From Phoronis australis (Eukaryota; Animalia; Phoronida), in the NCBI GenBank assembly GCA_002633005.1, contig NMRA01000030.1:62001-126000 (forward strand): a stretch of DNA of 64,000 nt, in the 5' to 3' direction. Of this stretch, positions 27,881 to 42,330 are shown in pieces. Under the pieces are notes generated by a model, which had not been told where the DNA came from, searched no databases, and saw only the letters and a list, made by a program, of their open reading frames with translations. Each line of letters begins with the position of its first letter. Position 1 is the first letter of the stretch. Made by a program: the position numbers and the translations under genes.

Positions 27881-30800
27881 ACAAAAATACGATGTCAACT
27901 AAACAAAGAAAATTATTCAGAGCAATAGATGTGTCGTGATCACTGAACCAAACAGTTTATTTCCTGTCTTAATATACATAGTGTTTTTGTGAACTTTTAT
28001 CTACACAAGTAATTCTCGATAAACGGCTGTTTAACAGAAAATGATCCCTTGTTGCACGTTCACTGGGACGCTAGCAATGACCTTTGACCTCCTTCGTTCG
28101 TGGCTTTTCAGCCGCAGCTGGTGATCACGAAAGCATGAAAACATTGCGCAACGCATTTGGTAAAATGATAAATGATCTTCCAAATGACACGGTCAACGAA
28201 CTCTTGGATAGAGCATGTGAGCATTAAAAAAGAATACAGAGTGTTTTTCAACAAAAACAATAACACGAAATAACCGCACTGTCAGTGGTGGCCGGCCTCC
28301 CTGTGCCGTGTTACAACTCTTTTCTCACCATAGTGTTCAAGTTTACAAGATTTAAGTGATAAACTTGTTTGTTCTCGGTGCACTCTGCGGATTTTAAGTT
28401 TTGCCTACTTGTTTACTCCAATACGACTTTGTTCAGTCACCACGACGGGCATATGCTTTGTATATCTCGAAATTTTGATAACATTTTTTGACATTCAGCG
28501 ACGGCCGTGAGCCGTAGTTCCAGTCTTTTCACCCTGTGTGGCCAGATGCATCCTCAAGCTTTTAATATTCGAAAAGGTCCCGCATTTAAGTTGCACGTTT
28601 TTGTGAGCAGGCAGATTATCATGCTCTTCCAATGTATCATTATTCAGCAAGAGGTTGCGCTGTATGTTGCCTCTTTAGTCAATCATGAAGATGAGAAATT
28701 GAAAAGGGTTCATAAGGTCATATTATGTAACATAATGAATGGTGAAAAAAACTCAAACTGATACCGAAAAAACTTCAGGTCTTCAGTTCTGTTGATATCC
28801 ATTATAAAAATGCAAGTATCAAGGAATATTTTTTATTTTAAACTAGGTGTGTTACTTGCAATTGTTTTCACAACAGTGATTTGTTGTGACTTGATTTGTG
28901 TCAAACTTTTTGCTGTTCAGTCTGTGATAGTTACTATATTGACTTGATGATAAATACGCCACACTGTTTTTCAAAATTCTCACTATGAAAAAATATGTAC
29001 ACACAATATCGCCATTAAACATTAATAATATATTAATTCATTCCACACACTGCTAACATTAGTAGGAACTCGCCCCGAAAGGTAGATTTAATCCTTTTTG
29101 TACGTTCTTGTCTTTTCAAAGTTCTAAAGCTTGAAGGGGTTTGGATAAAAGTTGTTACAACAAACAGTCAACAACTTTATAATACAAAAATAGACGAGCT
29201 TGCAAATATTTTCATTAACATAGAAAAAAACTCATTTAAACTACAGTTTTGAGAGCTTGGGCACTTTTCTGTTCTGTTCACAATAGTGTTTTTACCCTTT
29301 CGGGTCCATAGCGGTATATTCAGGTACCTAGGACTATATTCTCCTCAAGATCCACTGTTCCCCATCTGATGTTCGACCCCAATATTCCCAGGTAGGCCAT
29401 CCTTGTTTTCCACGCCCATGTTTCTCTGCTTTTACCTTTTACCATCCAAATGTTCCCCGGTCCCAAAATTATTGGGACCCGATGTTCTATCTTTTCGATC
29501 CCTACCCGGCTCGCAGCTCACTGGTTCTTGGTAGAAAATCTTTTGTCATTTTTTAACATGTAGGACTTTGTGGACATGCCTGTGCATTTAGCAAAATGTC
29601 TGGAAAATAGTAGTTTTTAAAGTATACGTTTTCTGAAAGTAGAATGCCTGTAGAATTCGATTTTTCACTTTTAACCACTCTGTCCTTAAATGGGTCACGT
29701 GACCATGTATTTTTAGTAAAATTTGGCAAAAATGTATGTTGATCGCGAAACAACGGTATCAATGACATGTTCAAATTTTATCATATCATTTTAGTTTTTT
29801 GACTCTCTAAAGGGTGAACACCATAAAATTCTATTTTTGATAGCCCTTCATGCAAGTGGGACTCTTTTAAAAACAATTTCTAACAGCATTCATTTGAGAA
29901 CAGGGCAAAAATCGTAGTATCTGAAAGTTTCATATGAATCCAATCAGCCGTTTCTGATATATGATGTTCCAAAGTTAGCCAAATTTGAATATTTTTCTAG
30001 GGTTGCCACATAACTGTAAAGATACGATGATGCTATGCACATCATGTGCAAATAAATACTGCTATACATTCGCAAATTAATTCTACTGCACAATTCAACT
30101 TTTGTGTAGATTTGTCCGAGCTAGATACAGCTACCAAAAGTTGCACAGATTTCGTAAAGTACGCAAATGAAGCGCATGCTGTAAAACAAGTCGACTTGTT
30201 AACAAATTGAGCAACTGTGCTGTAAAATATTTCAAAATGTCCTGCGCAATTACTCCCAATAGTGTCTGTACACTGACTGTGAATTGCGACCCTCGGCCTA
30301 CTTCTCATTCGCCTGTTTTATGGCGAGTCTGCCCATTGTGGGTCAGTCTATGTCTTGCACAGATTACGTGATGCGACCGGAGAGCATTGACACTTCATCA
30401 TAATGGATTGGGCATCTGTTTGATAGAGAAAGTACTACCTTCGTCACCACACTTTTGTTACAGTTCCGCCGTTCCGTACGCCCGATCAGACATTCAACCG
30501 ACCTTTGCTCTCCTTTATCATATCTGTTTCCTGTGTTATTCTACCCGTGGTTGCAAAGAGCATTTATGACATAACGTCTACGCAATCGACGCATAGATAA
30601 ATGAAGAGTAAACTTGCCATTCTACATTTTCCCGGCATCATTACTAGCCAAAATTTGGCGTGACAAACCATTGTCTTTCATTAGAAGTTCTGAACAATAT
30701 TTACTTGAATGCACCGACATGACTTTTTGAAACATTCGAGCACGCGTACCGATCCTTGATATGAAGTGGTTTTGTTATTAAAGGTGAAAAGGTTATAACA

Positions 30801-31735
30801 CTAAAGGCCAAATGATGACGTTTTACTTTTAATGCTTTCTACCTGCATCTTATGTCGGATTTTTCATTGATGAGTCTACGATGGTGCCTGTATTAAATAG
30901 AATTTAGGGCAAGGCAAAATCCGTACATGATAGTGCTCGGCAATGAGAGTTTGTGGGACAACTGACGACTTGACGATCAACTTGCCAGTAGAAATCGTAT
31001 TTTATGCAAGTTGTTATCAGACAGTCTCCCAAAAATAACTAACGTCGGTCATGGAGGATATAATTATCGAAATGTCTATGCATTAAGCCAAATTTTGATA
31101 AAACTGTCTAAATTAACAGCGTAAAAGTGTACATTTTCTGAAAGCAGACAGAAACCTGTAGATTTTCGTTAATTTTATACCAATCTGTCGTCAATTGGTT
31201 CACGTGTTCATGGTTTTTTAGCAAAATATTAGCAAAAAGGGAAAGTTACACTTATGGTAATGCCTTGCACGGTATCAATAATACGAACAAATTTCATTTA
31301 ACATAAATGTTGTGGATAAAATCTCAAAAACGCTGTAACACGTTTCTGGTCGAATATTATTTCAATATCGTTTGATGCAGCACTTTTGAGTTTTTTACTA
31401 AAGTCTTATTATTTCATAGTCCCCAGTGCAAAAGTATAGCGTTTAAAACAATTCCTAGCAAGGATTTAAAGAACAGAATGCAAAAGTTTCATACCAATCC
31501 GGTCACTGGGACATTTTTGAGATATGAAGTTCCGAGATTCACAAAGATCGGAAATTTGATCATGGTCCTACATACGCTTGAGGTGCTCTAAAGCTATAAC
31601 AAGTCTTGGGACCCTGGTGGTTACAATTCCCCCCAATCTTCCAGCTCTCCCCGGTTCCCAAAATTTGCAAGATATACTCCCTCTACCGGTGACAAACCGT
31701 TAAGAGACTCCAGTGGCAACTGGGGCCTTAACTGG

Positions 31736-32312
31736 AATCTCGCTGATTCCCTGCGTGTCGCTAGGTGGGGCGGCAGCCGGGCCAGCACGCGGGTATCACT
31801 TAATTTTCCTCGGTAAATTTTTTACACCGGCGTTTCTGATTGGCTGGTCGAATTCTCAACACGCAGCGCTTTACGCAAACAAACTGGCATGACTGATGGA
31901 CTGAAGTGTAAATGTTGTACAGACACTGTCTCATAAATTTGAAATTTATGTTCAGGAAATGTGAAGCTTAGAAATTGTGATTGTGACTTTTCGGAATACA
32001 TCTTTCTACTGCCGATGATTTTTGTTTACGATACTGTCCTGTATTCATACAGTATGAATAACACACCGGTTAAATCGGCCAGATGTATGTGCTTCAAGCA
32101 CGCGGCTATTAAACATCACTGCAGAAACGAAATAGTTGCTGCGACGCCACTTGCATGACAAGGCTAAAAATCGTTCGCAGTCCGCCATTTTTTCACTGTG
32201 TAGTAAATCTAACCAATAACTGCCGAGGATACATCGACCAATGCTAAAGCGCGTGCTACTGCGTGATACCTGCGTGCTGGCTGGGCTAAGCACGCAGGGA
32301 ACCAGCGAGAAT
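31736..32312. mobile_element. Non-autonomous TIR element
   Basis: ~50-bp imperfect TIR (aatctcgctgattccctgcgtg...gccagcacgcgggtatcac vs gtgatacctgcgtgctggc...cacgcagggaaccagcgagaat); TGG on both flanks. Confidence 0.8.
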
Positions 32313-35026
32313 TGGAATTTTACCTGATAACCCTACATTGAAAGTCGCCATCAATAACTGCGAAAAGAATATCCCGCTCATATTTTTCGCCTGCCGAAGA
32401 TCGAGGGTGTGAGATATTTTAAAATTCTTTCAATTCCACGAGAAAATGTGTGCGTAGACTAACAGGTGTTGAAGTTTGCGAGTGCGTTTTACGACAAAGA
32501 TTCACTTGAGCACAACATAAATCTGGATTTTGAGTCGCGCGTTAACACCAGTCTAATCCCATCTCCACAAAAGAGTCAGATATGATAAACAAACATTGTT
32601 GTCTTCCTTCAGGGTGAATAACTGAGGGTTTGTCTAATTTCTGAAGCTTACTCAAGCCCACCATCACGTAATACGGAGACTCCTTGTATTGCCTGTGCGA
32701 CATCGTTGGTGCTTTTTCTAACTGCTTGGGCGAAATACATGGATCAGCTTTACCATTTCTAAGATCTGTAACATAGCTCCCATGAGTTAATATTTTAAAC
32801 AATTGTAAATCTTCACAACTAAAATGTTGGGAAGCCCTTGAAAAATGAAAACTGGGTAAATGTGGCGATTATTTTTGTCCAAAAGTGGTGAGAGTTTGTC
32901 GTATGTGGTTTTGCAGATATAGACTTAGCCAAAAGGTCTTCGGAGAAACTGATGCGATATTCCCTTTCTATACTTTGTTATAGACTCTCTCTCTCATGGT
33001 CTCCGCTGTCAGCTCATTTCCCATTCCGTCAACCAGTGTTCTCTGTCACTGCACTTTATTGTAGTGTCTGAGTGGCACTATGTTCGCGACTAAGCTTGAA
33101 CTTCAATATATGAATGAGAGCCGCCCCTCCTGTTGGTAAAATTTGTTAAACACACAACTAATGTTGACGATTAATAATTCTCAACGACATTTTCTAGAGC
33201 TCTCTGTATTTTTGACGGTTGTTCTCAATGCAACAATAAATAAAAGCAGACAGTCAGGAGATACAATAATATTCATGACTAAAATGTCGGCTATATTTCG
33301 AAACTGTTCCTGCCTGTCTTCAGTTTTCACAATTTGTATGTTACATTTTTCCAGCTACATGCGTTGCAATGTCTATTGACAAAAACTCAACTTTTTATCG
33401 TTTTCAGACACTTCTCCATCCCTCCACACGCGCGCGAATACGCTAAAACTAACAGAAAACGAATTTTTACGTTTTCAAAGTTTTGTTTCCACACGAATAC
33501 ACTAATGTGTTCGTCACGTCAGCATTTACTAAAAATTGCGTTTTCGCCCGGCAACTCGTACGATGGTGAGGTGAGCGTTTTCAGAACGTTGCGTTTGGGG
33601 TTCGGGATAGGTATGGACGGAAGCAGTATCGGTAAAGAAAAGGTGCGGCTCTCAAACGTTATCACTCTAACTGAAGCGACTATAAGCTGGCGTTCTGTCG
33701 CAGATACTAGCTTTTGATTTAGACGATTTGCCGGCCGTTATAACTTGGTCTCAACTTCTTCCTTACTCAGTTGAGAAGTAATCTCTGGTCTTGCAGATTG
33801 CTGACAGTCCGCCATTACTTGGGAGCATGGTCGGAAAATAGAATGACACGGCGTGATAAACAATCTTATAGAGCCTCGTCTTCAAGTAATATAGAATTGT
33901 CAGTTATTCCCAAGTTCACAAATCATTTTGAGTTAGGAAAACTTTAAAGCAATTCATAACGTTAATTGGTCTAAATGAAAAGTTGATTTTTGTAAAGCGG
34001 GGAAGGCAGGTTCGAGCTTGCTTTTTTGATTCTGCGTATATAGCTGTGAACTGATGTATTCGCAAAGAAGAACTTCGGAGTCGTGCCGATGGGGTCTTAA
34101 ATGTAAAGCAAATATAACATGACATACATCAGACCCATACACACGTGTAAATAGTTCATCACTTGAGTTGTAGCTCATCGGTCAATGTCGTCTGCTCTGT
34201 GAGAAGATTGTATTTCATAAATTAAAAAGTGAATTAGCTTATGTCACTGCTAGGAAGCGTTAATTATGTAATAGCCCGTCTTACATTACCCTAGTGTGCA
34301 TTAGAGTAATGCCATTGCATTATTGATGCTATGCTAGTATAAAGATATGAACCTTTGACATTCGGATTACTGGGCGTGTTCGTTAGCTTACCGTTAATGC
34401 GCATACGATATGAAAGTGGAGCCGACAATGGACAAAGGGAAAATAATGAACAGTTGATTTTCCACAACACCCTAGTTTTTACGAAACAATTGAAAAATTT
34501 TCACGCTGCAATGTCTGACAGAAATAATGAACAACGAGCCCCGACAATATCTTTCTGATGTAGGCGTTGTAAACAGTGATATTTTTGCTTTTAATGCTTT
34601 TTAGTATTAGTTTTAGTTAACCACAACTGACAATTCTCGCATACTTTGCAGTGAATTGTTTTGAATGGACATCTCGGCGAGAAAAGTGAGTTCAAGTTCC
34701 GAGATCAGCCATTTATGACAGCGTGGAATCGAACTTAGGCAGCGTTCTCATATTGCGATATGTATAGGTTGCCACTTATATACCCGCCACCCTCCTCTGT
34801 CATCATCCGTAACCCCACTCCACCCTGTTATTACATCATCACAGCAAACCCCCTCCCCTGTTTAGGCAGTAAAGTGGTGGGTCTGTCGTCTGCCTGCATA
34901 CACTGTTTATAAGGTAAGCCTAGTGACGTGATCGAATATTGGAAGCGTGAAACGGCTGGTCCCGGTTTTTTAATTAGTCAATTCCCTAGTAGGTGAACCA
35001 GATTCCTAACGATACACACTAAAACA

Positions 35027-35210
35027 TGGGGCTCGAATTTTTGAGAATGTGAACCTTTTACTAGAGAAAAATGGGGTACGTTCAGAGCTATGAGTCGTGC
35101 ATTCGCCGAATTTTGGTAGTTCCCACCTCTTTAGTGGACTTTTGCCTCGTTTTCTACTTTTCTAGACTTTTTATTTTTCTGAGGTGGACTTTTTTCCCAC
35201 TCGGGGGCAT
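35027..35210 (-). mobile_element. Inverted partial copy of the CATGCGCGCA family
   Basis: Reverse complement matches tagtaaaagg..aattcgagcccc and aaaagtccactaa of 19124-19365. Confidence 0.7.
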
Positions 35211-36350
35211 GCACTGTGATGCAGATATTGTAATAACCCCCCCCCTCCCCTGATGACATGCTTGTCCGTAGCCAGAATTGCGCGGAGGATGGTTCGAATT
35301 TCTAGAACGGTGGACCTTTGCAAACGTTGACACTGTAGAGTTTTCGGTAAGGCCCTTTGACCCAGCTTAATTAGGGGGAAGTTAAATCTGTATGCACAAC
35401 GACGACCGTCAGTTCTATGCTCTTGACATGATACGGAATTCGTAATACCAGAAATGAGGATGCTGTGACGGTTGCTCGCAAAGAACGGGACTCAAATTCA
35501 GATGTAATGTGGTCCAGAAAGAGAGCGTTCTAGCGCCACCCGGTTTCAAACATTCAAATCAGGCGTGATTAAATGAGTGATACTTCAGTCATTAGATGCA
35601 CTGAGTGGTGTACCTATACCCAAAACAAAGCCCGGATTTCATGCGCATGCGAAATTGCCCGCACATGTCTAATGAATACAAAAAATGAGTACGTACTTGC
35701 ATTTCTAAAAGAATATGAAGAAGGAATATTGAGGAATTATCAACTACGATTCATGCATCAAATCCATGTCAAGATCGCATTATTTCACAGCCTGGCTGAA
35801 AAGTTTAGGGCCGCTACGCCTCAGCCTCACCCACCGGTCGTGTCGAAACCAAATGTAGTTAGACAAGAGAAGATTTTCTTCATTGACCAAAGTTTTTATA
35901 AGGTCTAAACTTACATTTCTCTAGTAATGTGAACATGCCCGTAAGGGTTTTCTCAGTGCAAGAAAACACGGTAGGACTGTCTATAGAGAATTCACCGTCG
36001 GCGTGTACTGAATTTAAACGAATGGAATCGCACACGCGTGTACAGGCATGCATGCCAATCCACCAATCCACAATCAAAGTGGACAATAGATGAACAACAT
36101 ATTTGAAAATCATTTTCAATCCAAAATTTGTGAAAATGCCTGCGCTTTACCGTGCTATGCCAGCAAACATTAAGCATTCACGCCGCACTACTTTTTGGGA
36201 GCTCTCTCGCTGCTATACCATGCAGCATAGCTAGGTGTAGACATTTACTTCTAGACTCCCTTGTTACCCTATGTTGCACCTACCACGCGCGTTCAGTGCC
36301 GATGAATAACACAAAGCCTTCTCTAATCGTCTGCGCAATCCCTGTCATCT

Positions 36351-36494
36351 CATGGGCGGCGCACCATAGGGGGCTGGGGTGGGTCTACACCCCCAATTTT
36401 TCAGTGCTGCCCCGCTCATGGTCTATGGGCGGTGCACCAAAGGGATGCAGGGGGGGGGCTATACCCCACTTTTTTAGTGCAGCGGCGCCCGATT
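36351..36494. mobile_element. Dimeric CATGGGCGGCGCA mini-transposon
   Basis: Two tandem ~70-bp subunits; 5-bp TSD CATCT; homologous to 62861-63001. Confidence 0.8.
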
Positions 36495-39400
36495 CATCTG
36501 TGCAAGCACCATTCGGACGAGGTTGGCCTGATGATTACGTGAAGCGCTTTCATCCGGAAGCAAATTACTACTAACTTAGTTATCACTGTAGTTAGTAGTA
36601 CAAGGAGATGGAACAGTTTTGTTGTTGTTGTCCACCTGCATCCTTATCTTTAACGGATAGGCTGGGGCTGGACCTAGTGTTCTGCGGGGGTTCGATCGAA
36701 CCCCCTTTGGCTACGAGGCTGTATCATCTTGAGCCTAACCACGCCCATCCCTCCCCCTTGTCATAAATCGTCATCTTTCCAATACCACTCATCCTCGAGT
36801 GATAACATAATATGTGAACGCTCCCTTACAAACCTCACAGTCTCTTGGCTGGGGGAGCTAAATCTCACTCGATAAATGGTAAAGTAATGCAGTCAGCAAA
36901 TGTCTTAGCCTACATACAATGGTGTGGAGTATTAGCGAATTGAAATAAAATCAGAACAACACAAACGAATTTGTTCTTTTACAGCTGTAGTCAAACTAGT
37001 ACGTTCAGCGAGCTTATCACGTCCACAAACAGTCCCTAAAGTGCGTTTGGGGCCGTAAAACTGATGACATCAGCGTTCTCTTCAAATGTGATGTTATTGA
37101 ACCGATAAGTGATACGTGCAATAGGTGTCGCTAGTAATTTTATCCCACCTTTTACACCAGTTGAAGATTTCATTTGCAAATACTGTTTGATGCGATGTAG
37201 AAAGTATACAACGAAATAAAAAGACAGCAATTACATATATTATTATTATTATAATAAGGCTTATCTTTCTTGTTTTCATGGTGGGCACGCAATATCTTCT
37301 TACGACCGAGAGATTGTATCAGTCACTCGTCCACTAATTTATCATCACTTTGGTGATGGTCCTCCATTCAAACAGGTTTCCCAATATGCGTTACGGACAA
37401 TTCAATTCCTTTCAATCCAGGGTTATCACACAGGAAGGGTTGATAGCTACTGCTGCCTATTCACTGATATTTCTGACGTCATATCCGGTGTAAACACAGC
37501 GTATTTTGGGTAATAATGAGTGAGGCTTACAATTATGGAACTACTTTCCTGTTAGAAATGAAGATTGTGAACATTCCGGCCTTTTATTAACTTTCATTTC
37601 CTTCACACAGTTTTAATAAATTGTTGATTTATAAAAGCAGTATCCTGTGTTTTGGTCTTTGCTTACTACAAATGTGCAAAAATATCGCGGTCGCCGCATT
37701 AGCTTTTCCGTTACAGCCTCATAAACATAGGAATGTCTGGCAAAATGTGGAATTTGCATGGGTTACTGAGAAGCCACATCTAATTAAATTAATAATTGAA
37801 ATCATTGATCAATTTCGTTGCACAATGTCAGTTTTGTTTCTAGAATTATTTAATTATATTTCCTGATTTCTGATCTTACGTCGGAGTAAAAGAACTCAAA
37901 CTCAACGCAAAATCAATTTTTTTCAAATTGATCAATAATCCGCTATTTGAAATAATCATATTCAAAATTTCATAATTTAGTCAATGTCGTAAAACGCTTT
38001 ACGGCTTTTTGGCAAACTGTTCCCCCTAAATTAAAGAAGTCTTGCCGAAATAACAAATCAAAAATTATACTAAGTTTTGGTAATTCCTTTTTCAAATGAG
38101 GCCCTTGGACCCGGAACTTGTATAACTGATTGGGTAGCCCAATACACTGAATTCGTCACGCCTCTTTCGCCGGTCCTATGACTCCTATGTGCACAGGCAG
38201 TGAAGAATATGCCCTGCAACGAGAGATTCTCTTTCTCTTAACTATTTGATGACTGATAGAAGAATGCGAGACGCACGTGACGAGGACTTCACGTGCAGAT
38301 CTGTAATTGATTTTGAGCCGAGTACCTAACTGAATGAATGAAGGCGCGGATCCAGAAATACAGGGGTATCTCAATAAACGATTGTTTATTTACTAAGTGC
38401 TCAATCAATCATATTGTTATTTATCATTACGATAATTGTTACTTTTTGTGTGTCGTGAAAAAGTTTTACATACAAGATAAGCAGTAAACGTTGATTTATG
38501 TTCATTAACCACTAGCCTCTATAATAGTGCAGACTAATTACAGACTAAAAAGCTGTACGGGTTCTTTGTCTATCAAGGACAACTTTCCGTTAGTCTATAG
38601 GTCTGTGCCCTTTAATTCCAACCGCTACACATCTTGCGCAAGCGTACGCTAATTATTGTCACGGAGGCCAAAAGGACACACCGTGATCTCTATTATTGCT
38701 GACGAATAGATAAAACAGCGACTATTGTATCACTATCATTGAGTCTGCAGGCGTACGCGCACAGAACCGCATCACTCTCTAGGGGGAACAACCGCAACCG
38801 AAAAATTGACGAGTTCTTTTCATCAACCCGTCTCCCATTTCACGTGTTTGTTTACTTTCCACCTCAAGATAATGATGAGAAAATAGAAAATACTGGATTC
38901 AAACCACCTTTGTTGCTTTTGGCGGGATTAAACGCACGCGAATGAAACGAATGCGTTTTGCTGCATTATAATCTGATTAGAGACCGGTGACGATTTTTTT
39001 GTTCAAGGACAGGTGCTGAATATGACGGTTGATATACTGTCTAAGGTATTAGGCATGTGCCTCTTTTTTGTCATCGTCACGTGTGTTCTGCATTTATCAC
39101 GCAACTTGCCACTGTCACACCTCCCACCTTTGACTGTTAAACCGTTTTCATGATAACACGGGTCTGACAGTTTTAATTTACCTGGACATGAATTTGCATA
39201 TTGAGCGGGAACCGAAAATAGTGTTGTCTGCTTGAGTACGGTAGCCAAAGTTGCATTTGGCTCAGGCCCATCTAAGATATCACAAAGGGGCCGCTGAGTG
39301 CAATGTCTAAAGAAATGATGAACACGAAAACTGTATACGGAGGCCTTTTTTTTCTTTTATTTGTTATGATCATCACTGGGGTGCTGCGGGGCCACTTGGC

Positions 39401-39588
39401 CGCATGAACCCGCCTTTGTTTTGAAAACATGGCACTGACCATCAGTGCGAATGTTTGATAACGGCTATGCACACTTCACAATGTGGAGCACGTCTACATT
39501 CGCATATAACTTGTTTCATGCGAGTTTGGCAAGTCTGAACGAGATATTTTTCATTTGCATGGTAAGCCAAACTAGCTTGTATGAGACC

Positions 39589-39905
39589 CATAGGCGGATT
39601 TAGGGGGGGCAGGAGGCTCGACCCCACCCCACCCCCCTTGGCTGCCGCCAAAAAAATAAAACAGCAAGAGCGTGAGGAAATATTGAGTCCAGTAATTAAT
39701 CCCGATAATTAACATGAGGGCTCAGACCCCATTTCAAGCGTGCGAGCGAGACCACCGGTGCAACCGTTTTGCGGGTTTTTTTTCAGTCGGCCGAGGAATT
39801 CGGGCACCCCTAGAATTCCAGCTGCGTGCGCCCACCCGACCGTACTTTGCGGTTGCCCGAGAAAAAGTGTTGGGCCCCCGTCATGTTATCCTAGATCCGC
39901 CACTG
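39589..39905. mobile_element. Non-autonomous DNA transposon, CA..GGCGGAT family
   Basis: TIR cataggcggatttag / ctagatccgccactg; 5-bp TSD AGACC. Confidence 0.82.
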
Positions 39906-40541
39906 AGACCCTTGCTGTCCTGTCAGATTATCTCCACTTGTAACCACATGCGGTATTTTCAGACGAAAGAGCACGGCCTTAATTTTGCAATATCGAGTAT
40001 TTCTGCTTTTGATAACGGCTTCATTTCTTCTGCTACTGTTTCTCGAAAATTGTCTCGTTGTCGAGCTATGTTGAAGCGGACTCGCGAAATCTCTTCGATT
40101 TCTGCCACTTGTTTTTTGTAATTCTGAGTGTCGCAGCCGAGTCGTGGACGAGATGGTCTCGGCACCTGATGACTGAAGTCGCTTTCTCATCAGGGGACCT
40201 TCGGTTTACCAAAGCTTCGCCGAAACGTCGCTTATCTTTCCGACTAGACAGCGATAGTTAAGTTATCGCTAAGATACCAAACGACGCAGTTCATTCGTAC
40301 TCTCAAACTAATATTGAGTAGTGGGTTCTAGGCTAATTGAAAATAGTTCTGCCATTTATGAGTGTTCATGAAAATGATCAGTGACACTCTTCATCAAATA
40401 TGCTTTCTCTTATTTATTTACGTGTGTTTGTTGCGATCACGTCGGCTACGCTACAATAACAAAGGACACTTTTTGCGAATCCCGCGTGATCGTGTATCGT
40501 TGTCGCGACCTCTACCGATATCTCCTACAAAGTTTTGCACT

Positions 40542-40706
40542 GGCCTTTCCCACTACATCGAAGTTTCGGTTAGTACCTAAGCTTTGCTTTTCAATCCTAC
40601 TGTTTTCAGGGAAGTTTCGCTTACAGATTATCTGCCAGAATTAACCATTCCCACTAACCGAAACTTCGGTTATTAAAAGAAAAGTTTCTCCTCTAATGGG
40701 AAAGCC
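40542..40706. mobile_element. Short palindromic MITE, PIF/Harbinger-like ends
   Basis: ggcctttcccacta / taatgggaaagcc termini; perfect internal 16-bp IR cgaagtttcggttagt (40559) / actaaccgaaacttcg (40653). Confidence 0.7.
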
Positions 40707-41946
40707 GACTTATGATGTCGTCATGCGTTACAAATTTCGAACAAGTGCCCCTGTGCTGGGGCGGTGGTTGGCTTCGGTTGGTCATCGAATGGCGAGACAC
40801 GCGACGTCACTAGCTTTAACAAGCGAATGGATTATGCTGCGTTGTGGAACGAATCCCTCGGAGATGAATGTGAAGTGACGTCAGTTCAACTGAAATCAAA
40901 TACAAGACGTCTGAAAAGGGACAAACCGCTTTGGCACCGGCATGTGCTTCACATGCAGGCAAGAATGTAATATTTTGAATAAAGCCAGCCGGAACTAAAC
41001 TCGTCGTATAACTTCAAATTGCCTGCCTCCAACGTTCGCAAACTGGACAATGAGGTTTTGTTATGCCGCCGGAACGTATTATTCGGCTTTGAGATCACGT
41101 GCAACGTCACTGTGTTTCCACTTACCATCACCCAATACCGAGTTAGTATTACAGATACTACTTCACTTGTTGTCTTAAGCTCCAGACATAGATTATAATA
41201 CCCGTCATTTTCACAAAATTATGTTGAGCTGTGGCGGCCATTTTGTTGATGCACCTCCAAAAACCCATATTTTATACTGTTTAAGTATTGAAAAGTTCTC
41301 GTGTACTTTAACTACGTGGCTCTCCATTAAAATGCTGTTACTGAAGTTTTTAACTGTGAAAAATAAAAAACTTTTAGAGTTTCCAATCTTTAAATAATAA
41401 ACCGATTGAATCGGTGTCGCTGAGTCTCAACAGTGTGTTCGATTTCATGACCTCGGTCAGTGGATATTATGATACAAAACTCGCTTTGATAACTGGTCAA
41501 ATCTTCTTTGACATCCTGATAACCAGATGATTATATGCTGACATTGTTGGGTAATTATTAGCGGAGTATCTTGTTGTTTGACATCATATCTCAACTCTAA
41601 ATTACATTAGGTGCAAAGTGAGTTTGCCAATAAGGCGATACCTGTAGGTTACCAATGACGGGCAATTCGAGAGTCACAAGTATCACAGATTGTTTTGTGA
41701 AGCTAAAAGCAAAAGAAAAACACGTTCACATAAGAAAATCATGCTTTTGATGAAAAATAAAGGTCTGAGCAACAACTAAAGTGTTGCCTGAGATAAATTC
41801 TCGTATTACCTCTTAGCTTTGGGGATTGCATCGAGTGTTCATTACTACAATATAAACCACAATAAAAATACCACTACTTTAAATCACAACAAAATACCAC
41901 AGCTTCAACTGCTTGAACATGTGATACATACAAAGTGTTTATGTCT

Positions 41947-42142
41947 CATGCGCGACCCCCCCCCNTAGTGGGCAAAAAGGTCCGCCTCTGAGAAACAAAA
42001 AGACCGAGAAAATGAGACACTAAACAAGCACGAACGCGGAATTCACAGGGGTGCCCCCGTTTTGTTTACGCTTTTTTGTTACCAAAAGGTCCACAACGTC
42101 AGGAATTCGAGCCCCCCTGATTGAAGGCCGGGTGCGGGCATG
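41947..42142. mobile_element. Non-autonomous DNA transposon, CATGCGCGCA family
   Basis: catgcgcg...cgggcatg ends; 5-bp TSD TGTCT; shares gggcaaaaagg..cgcctc, aaaaggtccaca and gaattcgagccc with 19124-19365. Confidence 0.85.
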
Positions 42143-42330
42143 TGTCTTCATCTATCTCTTCTGGTAACATCGAAACACTGGGGTGGTAAAATCTTACAGT
42201 GACTTGGAATTGTGTGAAGGAAAAGTTAGCTCGTACCAACACACAAGAAAAGACGGGAGTTCTACTGATGATCACGTTACGGTATGTACACAATACGTAA
42301 CGAGAGAGGCGTTGATGAAGTAATATCCCA

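Noticed and set aside
40165-40235. Hammerhead ribozyme (ctgatga...cgaaac)
   Set aside because: Stem II does not close between the core motifs, and ctgatga is sequestered in its own hairpin.
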